Positions 39,562 through 52,608 of a DNA stretch of 64,000 bases are shown here, piece by piece; within the stretch, counting starts at the first letter, position 1; each line of letters opens with the position of its first letter. Position numbers and translations under genes: made by a program. Source of the stretch: Octopus sinensis (taxonomy: Eukaryota); NCBI RefSeq assembly GCF_006345805.1, contig NC_043002.1, forward strand, positions 48,174,001 through 48,238,000. The letters run 5' to 3'. Below the pieces are notes generated by a model that was given only the letters and a program-made list of their open reading frames with translations, was not told the DNA's origin and ran no database searches.

Positions 39562-39849
39562 CAGTGCTTCTCAAACTATCTAATGTGGCGTACCGGCTGT
39601 TTTCTGTTCAATGTGCCACAGACCCGTAATATTTATTAGTAATATTAATTTAACCGGAAACAATATATATAATGAAGAAAATAAAAGTTGACAAATTTTT
39701 TTATCTTATATTTATTTTGTAAACAAATAATACAATATTACATAAGCATTTTATAATATTTCTTTCTTTTCTGAAAACTCGCCATGTACCGGCAGCTGAT
39801 GGCTCGCGGACCGGCACCGGTCCGCGGACCACCACTTTCTGTAGCACTA
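39562..39849. mobile_element. hAT (Charlie-like) MITE
   Basis: Ends CAGTGCTTCTCAAA ... TTTCTGTAGCACTA, with a perfect 8-bp TSD GTTTAGAG at 39554-39561 and 39850-39857. Confidence 0.85.
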
Positions 39850-39999
39850 GTTTAGAGCTTTCATTACATATATAAATAGTTGTGGTCATTATATATAAGA
39901 TGTATACCCAACTGTAACGCCAGTCATGCAGTGCTTCTATGAACGGTCGTCAACCTCACTATGGATATAATAGTCTTGTCTCTTTCAGTAATAATTTTA

Positions 40000-40497
40000 A
40001 GAGTGGAGGGACGTTTAAAATGCTATGCAGTATTTCCCTAGTTCTTTACGTTCTGGGTTAAAATCCTTCTAAGGTCAACTTCGCCTTAATTCTCTCAGGA
40101 TCGATAGAATAAGGTATTAGTCAAGTATTAGTATCTTTTCATCGACTAACCCCTACGCTCAAAACAGATGGCCTTGTAGTTAAAGAAGAATTTTAGAAAT
40201 GTTGGTGGAGGAGCTGAATCGTTTAAGCATCAAGCAAAAGCATCGTCTTCGAATGTTTTGCGGGTAATTAGTGACGGCCTTTGCGTTCTGAGTTCAAACA
40301 TTTTTGAAGTTAACTTCGTCTTTTATCCTCCAGCGTCGTTAAAACAAAGTATCACTCAAGTATTGGGGGTCAGTCTAATCGACTAAACCACAAATTTCAG
40401 GCCGCGTGCATATGTTGCCGGGGTCAACTTTGTCTTTCACCCAACTGGAGTCATAAAACAGAGTACCAGTGAAGTGCTGGGGTCGATGGTATCGAAT
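40000..40497 (+). mobile_element. Cluster of 2-3 diverged family-D SINE pieces in tandem
   Basis: Repeated GGTCAACTT(C/T)G.CTT...AGTA..AGT..AAGT..TGGGG.TC motifs. Confidence 0.6.
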
Positions 40498-40499
40498 AC

Positions 40500-41150
40500 T
40501 GATAGAGGACAGAAATCCTAATTGTCTATTTGTCGTAATAAAACTTACCTCATATCCGAATGCCTGGAAGAACTGGAATAACTAAGCAAAAAAGTTAACT
40601 GCAACAGTAAAGAGAAACAACTAGTCCTAGTTTCCAGAGCCTAAGCTCTGGGGATAGCGAGTGAAATAATTTTATTCCCAGTATTATCAATAAATGAGCA
40701 AATACCAGCCCCTTAACCGTGCCACACCATCATCATGCCAGTTGTGTGGTACGGAAGGCCATTTCAGTGCATTCTGGCCTCATCGAAGAGCAGGAGAGAG
40801 GAAACCCACCAGATTACTGCCAACACTACAACTCCAACACCAACAACAGCGTACAGTAGTTGCAGCAGTATCATCAATACCAACAACAGTAACACCAGCA
40901 AATCAGCAATAGCAACAACAACACCTACAACAACAGAACCAAAAGTATGCCACCCTAGAAAGCATCCAACTTATCTCTCTTTGCATTACCCCCACCTCTC
41001 TCTCTTTCCTCCTTTTCAAACACGCATATTGATACACACGCAAACATATCTCCCTTCCTAAAAAATAACAAAAAGACCGAAAGGAAACCTGTTCGACAAA
41101 GATATCTGGTGGCGCGGTCATATGTTGTACCAAATGTCTCTAATATTGGA
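40500..41150 (+). pseudogene. Possible retroelement ORF1/gag remnant with a zinc knuckle
   Basis: CQLCGTEGHFSAFW fits CX2CX4HX4C with the last C lost, followed by a T/P-rich low-complexity region. Confidence 0.35.
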
Positions 41151-43139
41151 AAAAAGAGGTAAATCACGTATCCTTTATGCACTATTATCATAGGTAGAAA
41201 TATGATCCAGGGAATTCAGTATTTAGTTGTAAGAAGATTAAGTTCCTGTTGTAAGAAAGGAAGTTTTTTTGAACAACGTTAGGACCTTACAAATGGGTGT
41301 TGTTAGACAGAAAAATCGTGTAACCCTGTGACCTACAATTATTATGGATCAACTATGTCCTGTTATGCTTGGCTTGTATTGTTGGTTGAATTTTAAGAAT
41401 AGGCTCTGTGATAGTAAGTTGGATTATTAAGTATCCCGTTTTGCTGATATTTAGTTTCCCCGAGTAGGAGTTATAACTGATATTGATAATGAGATGTGAG
41501 TATAGCTGTGGGTTTCTTTTACCATTATACATAGTGAGTAGATGCCACAACTACTAAAAGTTAACACTGTTACATTTGTATAGAAATAACGAAAGAGCCT
41601 TTCATAAACTTCACAAATAATTTGATGCAATTCAAAATAGGTTGGCGACGATTTATTTTCCGTTATAAAATACAATGATTGCCATACATGAAATAAGATA
41701 ACATAACTTCGTGGTTAGGATGGACTGATCTGGTAGACATAGTTGAAGTACTGGTGTGTAGAGGCAGCTGTGGGTCTGTTGGTCGCGTGATGTTCATGTA
41801 GGAATGATGTAGACAGGTGTCTGGTGGAGAAGATGAAAGCGGAGACTGGCTGGTATCAGATACATCGTTGCCGGAGACGAGTTGCGTGTGGTCAGTGACG
41901 AGTGCCTAAGATCTAGAGCAGTCGAGAACTGTCGTTCTTACAGAGATCAGTAGACTCCCAGAACTGGTGATTAATTTCTCGCGTAAGGAAAAATAAACTG
42001 TTGCGCCAACGCGATTGGACAGCTGGAAGCCGACCAATACAAACAACAGGTTCATTTAATCACGGGCTCGTGTAACCTGCTGGAACGAAAAGGGCTCTGG
42101 AGCCGATATTCTGGTATTTAAGCCTAGATGAGTCAAAACGATAACACCTCACACAATGACAGTATAAATCACTTCTGCTACAAGAGGATTCATTGTAATG
42201 GAAGTCTCGCTACCATTAGTTTGAAGGAATAGTTTATGGTTCCGATTTGTGCTCTATTGTTAAGCGAAGACTAGAATGCACCGCGGGTGCAAATCCAAAC
42301 AGTGTATGAGTCAGCTTACATTCGATATGATGACCACTACTCTTAATACTAATCAACTATCTCCACTTGGTACACGTTCATAGATTTAGACTAGATTTTT
42401 CCCACGGAATATGTGTGATCTCAATCCAATAAGCGTGGCAATATAGGTCATAATATAATGTATTATATAGTTCATGAAACAGGAAATGAGCCAGCTGTTT
42501 ATGTTTCAAGATAGCGTATACCGACCACGAAATACTAATTGGTGAAGTCAGATTGAATAACAGCGATAGATAGCCTCGGTATTGAAAATTTAAAGAGGCA
42601 GTTTAGACTTGGAAAATATTCAGAGGCAAAGCGATCACTCTAATTAAAAATAATTGGTGGGTATGGGACGTAGTTTTAATAATTACAGTTCGTTTGGCAG
42701 CAGTTATTAAACTGGAATTTTTTTTTTACTCAAGGGATAATACAGCAAATGCAGTAGTAAGGAAAACAGCTGCAGAATAGCAAGAAGGAAGGTTGTATAG
42801 TTGTAAGTTGAATGGGTGAATAGCAATACATTATCCTATGCAGATGAAACCACAGACAATCGCGCGCGCGTGCATATATATACACAGTTATCTGAATGCA
42901 GACATCAATTACACACAACCTGAACAGACTTGTACTTTTTATACGAATTGGGACATTAAATCATTCTTTAATAGCTATAAGACAACTTAGAGTTAAGGTA
43001 TATAATACAAAACCATCTGAGAGTTTTTATATTTTTTTACTGTATAAAAGTGTCAATATCTTCATAACGTCTCTGATGATTTTTGAAGCAATTCATTGAA
43101 TGTTTCCAATTCATAGATGTGTTTAGTAACCATGCAGTA

Positions 43140-43740
43140 TATTGAAGTTTTCAAACAGAGGTGGGAGATCAATTCCTTTTTGCAATCAAAGCGGTAAGAA
43201 GAAAGTATTCTCTCCGTCTTGACAGCCTCTCTTCAAGAAATCTGTAAAGAATTTCTAGACGTGTTCGCGCCAAACTTGGCAACAATGTACCAAGACTACT
43301 GGGAAAAGAAGAGCATCCCGTTTCTTCCACAGAGACTCGTCACATGATTGTTTAAATACGTTTGTTTAAATATGTGAGCAATGGGGAGGAGTTATTGAAA
43401 ACATTTTGGCTAAATAACTCCGATTATTGATCTGAACATGGTAACAAAAGTTTTGCAAAAATATCTGGTAGTTGTCTTATGGGAAATCGGGAATTTAATA
43501 CAGACGTTCTGTTTCGGGAAAAAAATTCAGAGGATAATCTCCATCTGCTGAGCAAAGGCATAAAGCTGCACCTTAATGCTTTCTCTCTCTCTTTCTCTTT
43601 CTCCCTCTCAAATACACACGCACACATACACACACACTCACACACACACACACGCACACTCGCATACACACACACTTTTTGCAAAACATGCTCCTATGCA
43701 GATGATACCATGCTCAAACACTCATATCTAACCAACTGAA
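43140..43740 (+). mobile_element. Possible decayed LINE RT remnant interrupted by a microsatellite
   Basis: SYADDT motif at ~43692-43709; the remainder is too decayed to classify. Confidence 0.3.
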
Positions 43741-46009
43741 TACAAACGTTAATTAAACACATTCTAAGTAGATATGTTTTTCTCTAATGAACCAGGAGAG
43801 TGAAAGATAAATTTGTACCGATATACAATCATTATTCATATGAAGGGGACAAATTTTTACTTTATATATATATACACACACACATATATATAAACGTGTG
43901 TGGGTGTGGGTGTATGTGTGTGTGTGTGTGTGTGTTTGTGTATATATGTAACACAACTAAATTCTATAAATGTTAGGACTAGCAACCCTTGATTATCATT
44001 TATGGTAATCTTAAACATAACATTGCCAGTCATTATGAGAAAGAACCCCATGCTTCAAATATATATTATCGAAGGGTAGTTTATTAAACACTAAGTTTTG
44101 TGTTTTCAGACAGATTTTCAAATCAAAACTGGTTCGGGGTTCTGGATAGAACAACGGAATTAGTCTACTGGAGGTTTAATCTAAAACAAAAAAAAAAAAA
44201 GAAAAGAAAATTGTTAAAACTCGCATTACGTTCAATAACTTACTATTCCAAACTTCTTTTAAAGATAATAAAACCGAGTCCCCGATGGATCAACAATATT
44301 GAATTAAAAATACTGAATATAGAAGTACAAACATGGACAAAAACGGAGTTATCTATAAGCCAAACGACAATGTGCAGATGCAGACATCTGTGATGAGCAG
44401 ATTGAAAATAGGTACTTGAACAATTTTGAGACATTTTTGGTCTGGTAAAGTACTCCAACGGTATGATTGAAACTAATTTCATGTATCACATAAAACAAGT
44501 TCTCAGTGATTCCACTTGTGGTCGGCCACCCGCTTAAAGGAAAAAACAATAATAATTAGATTCTATGTTTATCTGTACAGCCATGATGTTTGTCTTGAGA
44601 ACAAAATACTGATTTTTATCGGTCAGTTGAAGTATTTTTCTGAAAATCATACCGGAACAGTAAAAAGAAAGATACATCACTCTTCACAACTAATATTGAG
44701 AAGGTAGATACATTGCTTTATAACAAAAGCGAAAATTGTTATATCGATGATCTGTCAACGCATATGGACATCTTCTTGCGGGAGAAAATGTCATACTAAT
44801 TGATGTCATTTGTAAAATGAATATTGTGTAAGATAAGCTGTTAACAACGGCTAATAATCATAACCAGATTCTTGAACAAATGAAGGTATATATAAGGCTA
44901 CCACCGGGATCTATTCCACAACCGATCTCTCTCAGTTAATTTTGTACTTACTACCAAAGGATAGCTGAAGTGAGGCAATGAAATGTTTAGCATTCTGTCC
45001 AGCAAAACGGCGAAAATTTCACAATGCATTCGAAATCACGATCTACGATTAGATATTTCAATAACATAAACCGTAGGCTATCTCCCTTTTCTGATAGCCT
45101 ACAAAGAATTTGTTACAAGCATTTAGAAAAAAAAAAAAACGTTCAGATTACTAGTAATCGAGAGATAGAGAGAGAGAAAGCGTGGATAGAGAGGGTGAAG
45201 TAGAGAATGATGTGAGTGGAGGGTGAACTGTAAGCAAGAAATGAATGAAAAGATAATGAAATAAAGAACGATAAAGAATGATTATCACTGTTGATTATAT
45301 TGACCTTAGGGATAATAAATGTGATCCGAAAGCAAATGATTTAGAAAGAGAACAAGAACATATATTGATTTCTTCTTTAAACATTTGAAGAAGATTAGAA
45401 ATTGACTGTGTGACATTCATGCCTTTAAGTTAATTAAGTAAAGCATAAGAGTTAAGTGAAGTGAAATGGCTTCAATCAAGAATCTAAATTAGGTTGCATG
45501 TTAGTTTATTCTAGGCACAAAGGCCCTTTATTTTGAATGGAACGAGAAATGGTAAGTCGTTATCTGCGTGTATTTTCCAGGAGCATTGGTCATGGAAATA
45601 AATGGTTTCAACCGAGAATTGAAATCGAGTTAAAAGCTAATGCATACTAGAAGCCTATTTGCTGGCTATAGCAGCCCGCCCTCCAGCATTTATTGAGCAA
45701 AGCTGTGCTTCAAAGGCAGCAACCGAATGTTTAAGAGTATATGATGTGTAGATATGATGAATTGGGTGTGGCTTTCCCATCTTATAGGAGAATTGTCGCC
45801 TTAGGATATACAACTTAGAATTCTAGAATGTATGGCTCGTATTCCAAAGAGAAAAAAAATTATTACCAGGAAAATCTGTTTCTATATTAGTTGAGTGGGA
45901 TATAGCTCTTACTTGAAGGTATTTTCTCCCAAATGAACGGTGTTTATATGAATAATACATGCAAAAAAAGACTCTAAGATAAAAAAAAATACGGTTTTGA
46001 TAGTCATTA

Positions 46010-46046
<37 letters not shown>

Positions 46047-46349
46047 CAAATGGAGAATAAGAATAGTATTCTACAGCTCTCGCTTGGTTTCTTCTAAAAG
46101 TCTAGATGATATTCTTTCCCACATACATACACACGCACATATATTCATATATGTATATATATATATATATAATAATAAATATTAGGGAATAAATCCAAAT
46201 TTACAGGGAAAAAATCAGATTTAGGATTAAATCCAATTTTATAGTAAAATATTATATAATATTAATTCGAGACAAAACCACTATTTTGCAAAACAAACAA
46301 GGAAAGACTTAATCAATACATAAAATTTTAATATAAATTAAATAAACCG

Positions 46350-46393
46350 CCACTACAATCGTTTCATGTCTTCAAATGACATTCGTCAGGTGG
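46350..46393 (-). ncRNA. Minimal type I hammerhead ribozyme (mirror copy)
   Basis: Exact reverse complement of 46449-46492. Confidence 0.85.
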
Positions 46394-46448
46394 ATTTCCG
46401 ATTTTCAAATCAGTTTCAATTTATGAAACTGATTTGAAAATCGGAAAT

Positions 46449-46492
46449 CCACCTGACGAATGTCATTTGAAGACATGAAACGATTGTAGTGG
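46449..46492 (+). ncRNA. Minimal type I hammerhead ribozyme
   Basis: CCAC-CTGACGA-ATGTC-atttgaa-GACAT-GAAAC-gatt-GTA-GTGG: stem I CCAC/GTGG, intact CUGANGA and GAAA core, 5-bp stem II, very short stem III, GUA cleavage triplet. Confidence 0.85.
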
Positions 46493-46592
46493 CGGTTTAT
46501 TTAATTTATATTAAAATTTTATGTATTGATTAAGTCTTTCCTTGTTTGTTTTGCAAAATAGTGGTTTTGTCTCGAATTAATATTATATATAT

Positions 46593-46635
<43 letters not shown>

Positions 46636-46733
46636 GTATGTTATCTGTATTATAATTGTAATTTTGCATTATTTTACAGCTTGTATGTATGTGTGTGTGT
46701 ATACGCATGTATATATATATATATATATATATT

Positions 46734-46789
<56 letters not shown>

Positions 46790-47207
46790 AATATAGGATA
46801 GCATATTAAAAAATACCTTTAAAGGTTAAATTTATAAACAATTTATAAGTAAGGACAGAAAAAAAATTCTAATGCCAAAATATGCCGAAAATAGATACAA
46901 CGTCAATATCCATGCAATTTATCACTACAAGCACGTGCTTTGAAGAATGTCGTCAGAAATTTCTAAAAATTTCCGTTATTACTATATTGGAACCGATTCC
47001 AGAGTTAGTTCATCAGAACCTTCTCTTCATCAGTGATAAATGCGGTAAAAAAAATAAGTGAAATACTTACTTATACCCATGGAAGAAGCGAGCACTAAGC
47101 CACGAGCACAATTAAGTACCCCAAATATATCCAAAATGGAAACTCTCTAGCACACCTCGAAACAAGTGCGATTCGAACCGAAAAGCTCTCGTAAAGTGAG
47201 TCCGGAA

Positions 47208-47367
47208 GAGCAAATCGACCTCAGGACTTATTCTTTGTAAGCCTAGTACTTATTCTATCGGTTCTTTTGCCGAACCGCTGAGTTATAGGGACGTAAACAC
47301 ACCAGCATCGGTTGTCAATCGATGTTAGGTGGACAAACACAGAGACATAAACACACACACACACATT

Positions 47368-47370
<3 letters not shown>
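47208..47370 (-). mobile_element. SINE family A, partial 3' half
   Basis: Near-identical to 27004-27150. Confidence 0.8.
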
Positions 47371-47427
<57 letters not shown>

Positions 47428-47428
47428 C

Positions 47429-47462
<34 letters not shown>

Positions 47463-47652
47463 GCACACATACATATATACAAGCTGTAAAATAATGCAAA
47501 ATTATAAAATAAAAAGAAAGATAACATACGTACACACACACACACACACATATGTCAATATATATAAGCGCGTGTGCATGTGAAACAAAATCATCTAGAC
47601 TTTCAGAAAAACAAAACCAAGAGAGAGCCTCCCCTTTGATATTATATATATA

Positions 47653-47684
<32 letters not shown>

Positions 47685-47790
47685 CATATCAAAGGGGAAT
47701 CAGAAATATTGGAAATTTCCCTTACCAGTGGCCTAGCGTGTAAAAATTTAGTCAACGAGACTATATATTATTCATGTGTTTAAATGTACA

Positions 47791-47828
<38 letters not shown>

Positions 47829-47839
47829 TTTTATTTTAT

Positions 47840-48040
47840 TCCTGTCATTAGACTACGGCCATGTTGAGGCACAGTGTTAAAGAATTTTAGTCGAACGAAT
47901 CGACTGTATTATTCTAGTTAAGTCAGGTACTTATTGCATTGTTTTCTTTTGCCGAACCGCTGAGTTGCAGGGGTGTAAACACACCAACACCGATTATCAA
48001 GTGGTTGTAGGGAAAAAAAATCCACACACGCACACACACT
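47840..48040 (-). mobile_element. SINE family A, diverged 3' half
   Basis: GTCATTAGACTACGGCCATG...GCCGAACCGCTGAGTT...GTAAACACACCAACACCG. Confidence 0.7.
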
Positions 48041-50501
48041 CAGATAGACATACCTACCCCACATATATATGTAATGAAATGGTACTGGAAGTTACACCGT
48101 TACTGCTCTTTCCAAGTCTATTCACTACGTTTGTTAGGTTGCATTAATCAGGAAAGTTAATGACTTGACTCGCATCTTGTTCTATGGCGCTCTACAATAT
48201 CACTGTATGATTGTTTTGGCAATACACGAAACCAATTTTGATGCAATGTTTAGGTATTTTCATTTATTTAAGTATAAAAGCAGTACTATTGTTTCACATG
48301 TTGTCACGACCGCCCTTATACTGTGTAGCAGAATATATCAGTCACCCAGTTTAGAACCACCAACAGTCACAGGAGACCGAACAAATGAATTATATTGGCT
48401 TATTACTTAAACGCTAGTCTAATTTAAGGAGAGAAAGTATTAATTGAATAGAATCTACCCATTTATTCCTAGTATTTATTGATATCATAAGAATTTATAA
48501 ATTTCGAGAGAACGTGAAATAATTCTCTTTTGAACAGTGAATCTCGAAGCACATAAAGCTATAAATAATAGCATGTAATCATCTATGAGCTGACTAGATA
48601 TTTCTAAGGATAGATTGAGTTCCTTAGTTGTGGTGAAAATAATCAATCTAGAAAGAAAGAAAATTACAAAATTAATACCCAGTACAGAAGAGTATGGTTG
48701 ATGAAACTAACATGCAGTATGCTGGAGGTAACTATGTTATGGTAGTGTTCCTTCTGTCGCAGGCGGAGACAGCGGGAAATGAATTGGCTTGAGAAATCCT
48801 TTTGGATAGGAAAAGTCGAAAGCTATTCTAGTAGTAATTATATTATTCACCTCCACAAGGATAAAAGACGAAACCAAATTAGTTGAAATTTGAACCTAGC
48901 ATGCAATAATTCGTAACTAAATACTATAAGTAACTTAGACCCTTTCTACCTCGACGCATTTCTAGAAAAATAATTGTAACGCCACGAATATAACGTTAAA
49001 AGAAAGGCAGCGGGTATTGTACATCGAATCCTCAAGGGACAACATTGTTCCTTGTCAAAAGAAATCAATATTAATCTAACGAAGTCGGGCAGGGACTATG
49101 ATATAATGTTTTGAAAATATTTACTATTTCAGAGCAACAATATGAATGTATTCCATTTAGAAATATATATATTTTTTCATTTACTTATTTTTGTTTTCTC
49201 CATTTTCCTTTCCTGTTCGCTATTTTTTAATCAGTCAAACTTCCATGCTTTAGGAACTCTCCATCGGATTGCAAGAAACAATCAAATAAGGTTACACTGA
49301 CACGATCGGACTATTAATGAGTTTTGTATCGAAAATAGAAATTCACATTCAGGAGATTAAGAAAAGAAAAATGATATTAATTTACTAATGTTGTTTCACC
49401 TTGGTTTTCTTTTAAATCCCATTATCAATAACTGCGATATTCTTAGATTTTCATGCTTTTACAGTTCTTCCTCTAATCCATCGTTGTCGTTACTGCTGCA
49501 AGAAATTCCATTGCTATTGTCACTGCTGTCAAAGACTCACTTCTATTTGTCATCTTTGTCGATGTCTTTTTTTTTTTGTTTCTTTAATTTGATGCAAACT
49601 GAAAGTTTGTTAAACCAAGAAAAGTTATTTCATAAAATCACAGTAGATTGTATTTTCTAATATATAAATGCTAAATTTCCGTAGTGTTACTAACGATCAA
49701 TCTGTTACATCTTGAGAATAGAGTTATCAGATTATTTTTAATTTGCAATGATTTTTTTTTCTTCTCTTTCCAATAGTGATAGTATAATCGATGAATTTCC
49801 CATTTATATACTTTCACAAGCAACAGGCTCTTTTCCGACTTAGTCATACTAATCAAGTTGATCATGAAGTATGTATGTTTAATCCGATTTCATCGGTTCC
49901 GTAGACAGAATTCTGTGATGATAAAGCATTTATAAGAAAATGGAATGAATGATGCTATTCGTGATACTCTCCTCGAGAGAAAAGACTGAAAGTCAATGTT
50001 TCTATCGTATCAACGTATTATTCCCCACCACCCTTGCTAATTGAGACCATTTGTCTTGAATAAAGGAGTCACCAAAACACTAGCCTATGTTAAACATGAA
50101 TAGAATAGGAAGCTGAAACTTATTAATCAGAGAACATTGAGTGCACAATAGAAAATATAGGAGAGAAAGAAGCTGAGTATAAAATGATGTATTACATCCT
50201 TCTAGACAAAACTTTGTAGCGTATAATAGTAACAGTGAAATATATATTATTAAAGAAATTTCTTACTGGTATACAAATTCACAAATATATGATGGCACTG
50301 AAACCTGTCTCATGAATACTAAGAGTGTGATAGACTTAAGATGAATTGTGAATAAGAAAGTCATTGTTGATTCAGCTTTTTGAGTGTTTGCAAAGAAATG
50401 AATAGCAAAAACTGAAATCTAGTTGGATTTGAACCCAAATCAGCCGTGAACATCTAGAAATCATTGCTTCCTTGACAGTTTGAATATATATCTTTATATT
50501 T

Positions 50502-50632
50502 AAAGGTGGTGAGCTGGCAGAAACGCAGAAACGCAACCAGTTACGCACTGGGGTCGATGTAATCGACTTAATCCCTTTGTCTGTCCTTGTTTGTCCCCTC
50601 TGTGTTTAGCCCCTTGTGGGCAATAAAGAAAT
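50502..50632 (+). mobile_element. Internally deleted family-D-related SINE with a 16-bp TSD
   Basis: Head AAGGTGGTGAGCTGGCAGAAACG joined to a 3' part whose reverse complement also occurs at ~8043-8126. Flanked by ATATATATCTTTATAT on both sides. Confidence 0.75.
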
Positions 50633-51955
50633 ATATATATCTTTATATATATGAAGAAAAAAGAGATAAGATTATGTGATATTCATTTTTCTCAGCAACT
50701 TTAACTGAATATCGAACCTCTCATATACTTACCTGGATACAACAGCCTTTATTGTGTTCTTATTACTTCGCATTTATGTTTGACTTACCCTGATTCGTTT
50801 GACAAAGTTATATTACACTGGTTGAACATAATGAAGGTAAATGTTTCATTTAAACAAATTTTCATAACCAGAATATAAATGTGAAATTAGTACTTGATTA
50901 TGACTGAAGTACTGAATGTTCATTTGAATTAAGAACGATTATCAATTTACAGAACTCCAGCACTTGCTGGAAAATATAAACTTAATGCTCGGTGACTGAA
51001 CTCTACATTCCGCTTTCAGTTCTAATTGAGGCAATTTAACTACTTCACCTACATCATTAAAGCTAGTCTGAAAACCAGGAATCAAAATGTCCCATTTCAT
51101 TCGTTTACAAATGTTAGTCCAAGTGAAAAGTTAATTAAAACTAGTCTAGGAGCTTCCGAGAGATACGATTTCCGAATAATGTTTCTAATTTAGAAAAGAA
51201 CGAGACTGTATCTCTTAACATGAACTAAGGCATTCTTCCGGAAGTTGAACAAACCACTTATGTTCAAAGCTATAACTAACTCGAGAGGTATTGGTGATTG
51301 TACGGTAGTCTGATCAACTTCCGAAAGTTGACCTTTGATTAAATATAATGTTCATGTCAATATAAAATACATTTGTAATTTGGCAAATGTATGCACGTAT
51401 ACACGTACAAACACATACACTATGTAGTTATATAGTAGGTTCCGATAAACAGAAAAGAAGTGAATAAAAGAGTAAACTGTATTTGAAAATGCACAGTCGT
51501 CTCAAGAGACATATTCATATTGTACGTTTTGAAACGCTCTTGGTTTCGTTAAGCTTATTTCAGTTATATTCTGCTCAAACGGTCGTTAGTATATATGATT
51601 AATACTTTGTTAAAAGTATATCATTACCATACGGTTAGGACAAAAGCATAGCATATATATATTAAACAGGCTCCTTAAAAAACAGTCACTTTGAGGTAAA
51701 GATAGTGTCAACGATAACAGTTTACGTCTTGCATATAAATCTTTGCGTATTTCTTACCACACATACACACATAAACACTCACACACGCGACACACACACA
51801 CACACATGCACGCACACACTCATACACACACACACAACATACGTACACACGCACGCACATACACACACACACACACACAGACATATATATATATATATAT
51901 ACATACATATACAAACACATACATATGTGTATACATACACACACACACACACACA

Positions 51956-52608
51956 CGACGGTGAGCTGAAATGTTCATAGGCTGACAACGAAGGAGTGAT
52001 GCTTGCGTCGTGAAATCTTGCATGCGTTAATTTCACATCTTCTTATTAATAGCTACATTATTCATACATGGTTTCCTTGAGCATTTCCTAAGCTAGGGCG
52101 AATGCTGGACCAATCATTTTGAGCCAGAGACAATCTATGCTGTGGAAACATCTCTCCCCACCTACTCCAAAGAAGGTTAAATTCGTTTCATTTGCAGAAA
52201 AGGTAACGGTTTCAGTTGTATGGGATGCAAAAGCTACATCATCAATAAAGAGTACTATACCAATATACTGTGACAGTTACGAAAGGCTATCAAGTCCAAA
52301 CGGCCAAGAAAATTGACAATAGGGGTCTTGTTTCATCAGGACAATGCTCCAGCGCACAAATTCTTGATTTCAAGGACTGTTGTGCATAACTGCTTTGGAC
52401 TGGTTGATCACACTCCAGTATTCCTAATTTGGGTCCATCTTAATATCATTTGGGAAACAGTATCGTAGTGATGATGACGTCATATCTGCTGTTGATGACT
52501 TTTATATGAAAGCTTCTTCACCAATGGGATCCATGAAAAATAAACCTCATTTACTCACGGCCCATGAGAGTATTTTGGTAAGCTATGAAGCTTGCAGTCA
52601 ACATTCGT
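51956..52608 (+). mobile_element. Deleted mariner element
   Basis: Remnants QSMLWKH.SPPTPKK, KVTVSVVWDAK and LFHQDNAPAH. Imperfect TIRs CGACGGTGAGCTGAAATGTTCATAGGCT / AGCTATGAAGCTTGCAGTCAACATTCG followed by TA. Confidence 0.85.

Larger units (their letters stand above)
46170..46589 (-). mobile_element. Fold-back PLE derivative: pLTR plus an inverted partial copy, between (TA)n runs
   Basis: Perfect inverted arms 46253-46418 and 46424-46589 (166 bp each) around a 5-nt spacer ATTTA. Unpaired ~80-bp extension at 46170-46252. One hammerhead per arm. Confidence 0.8.
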
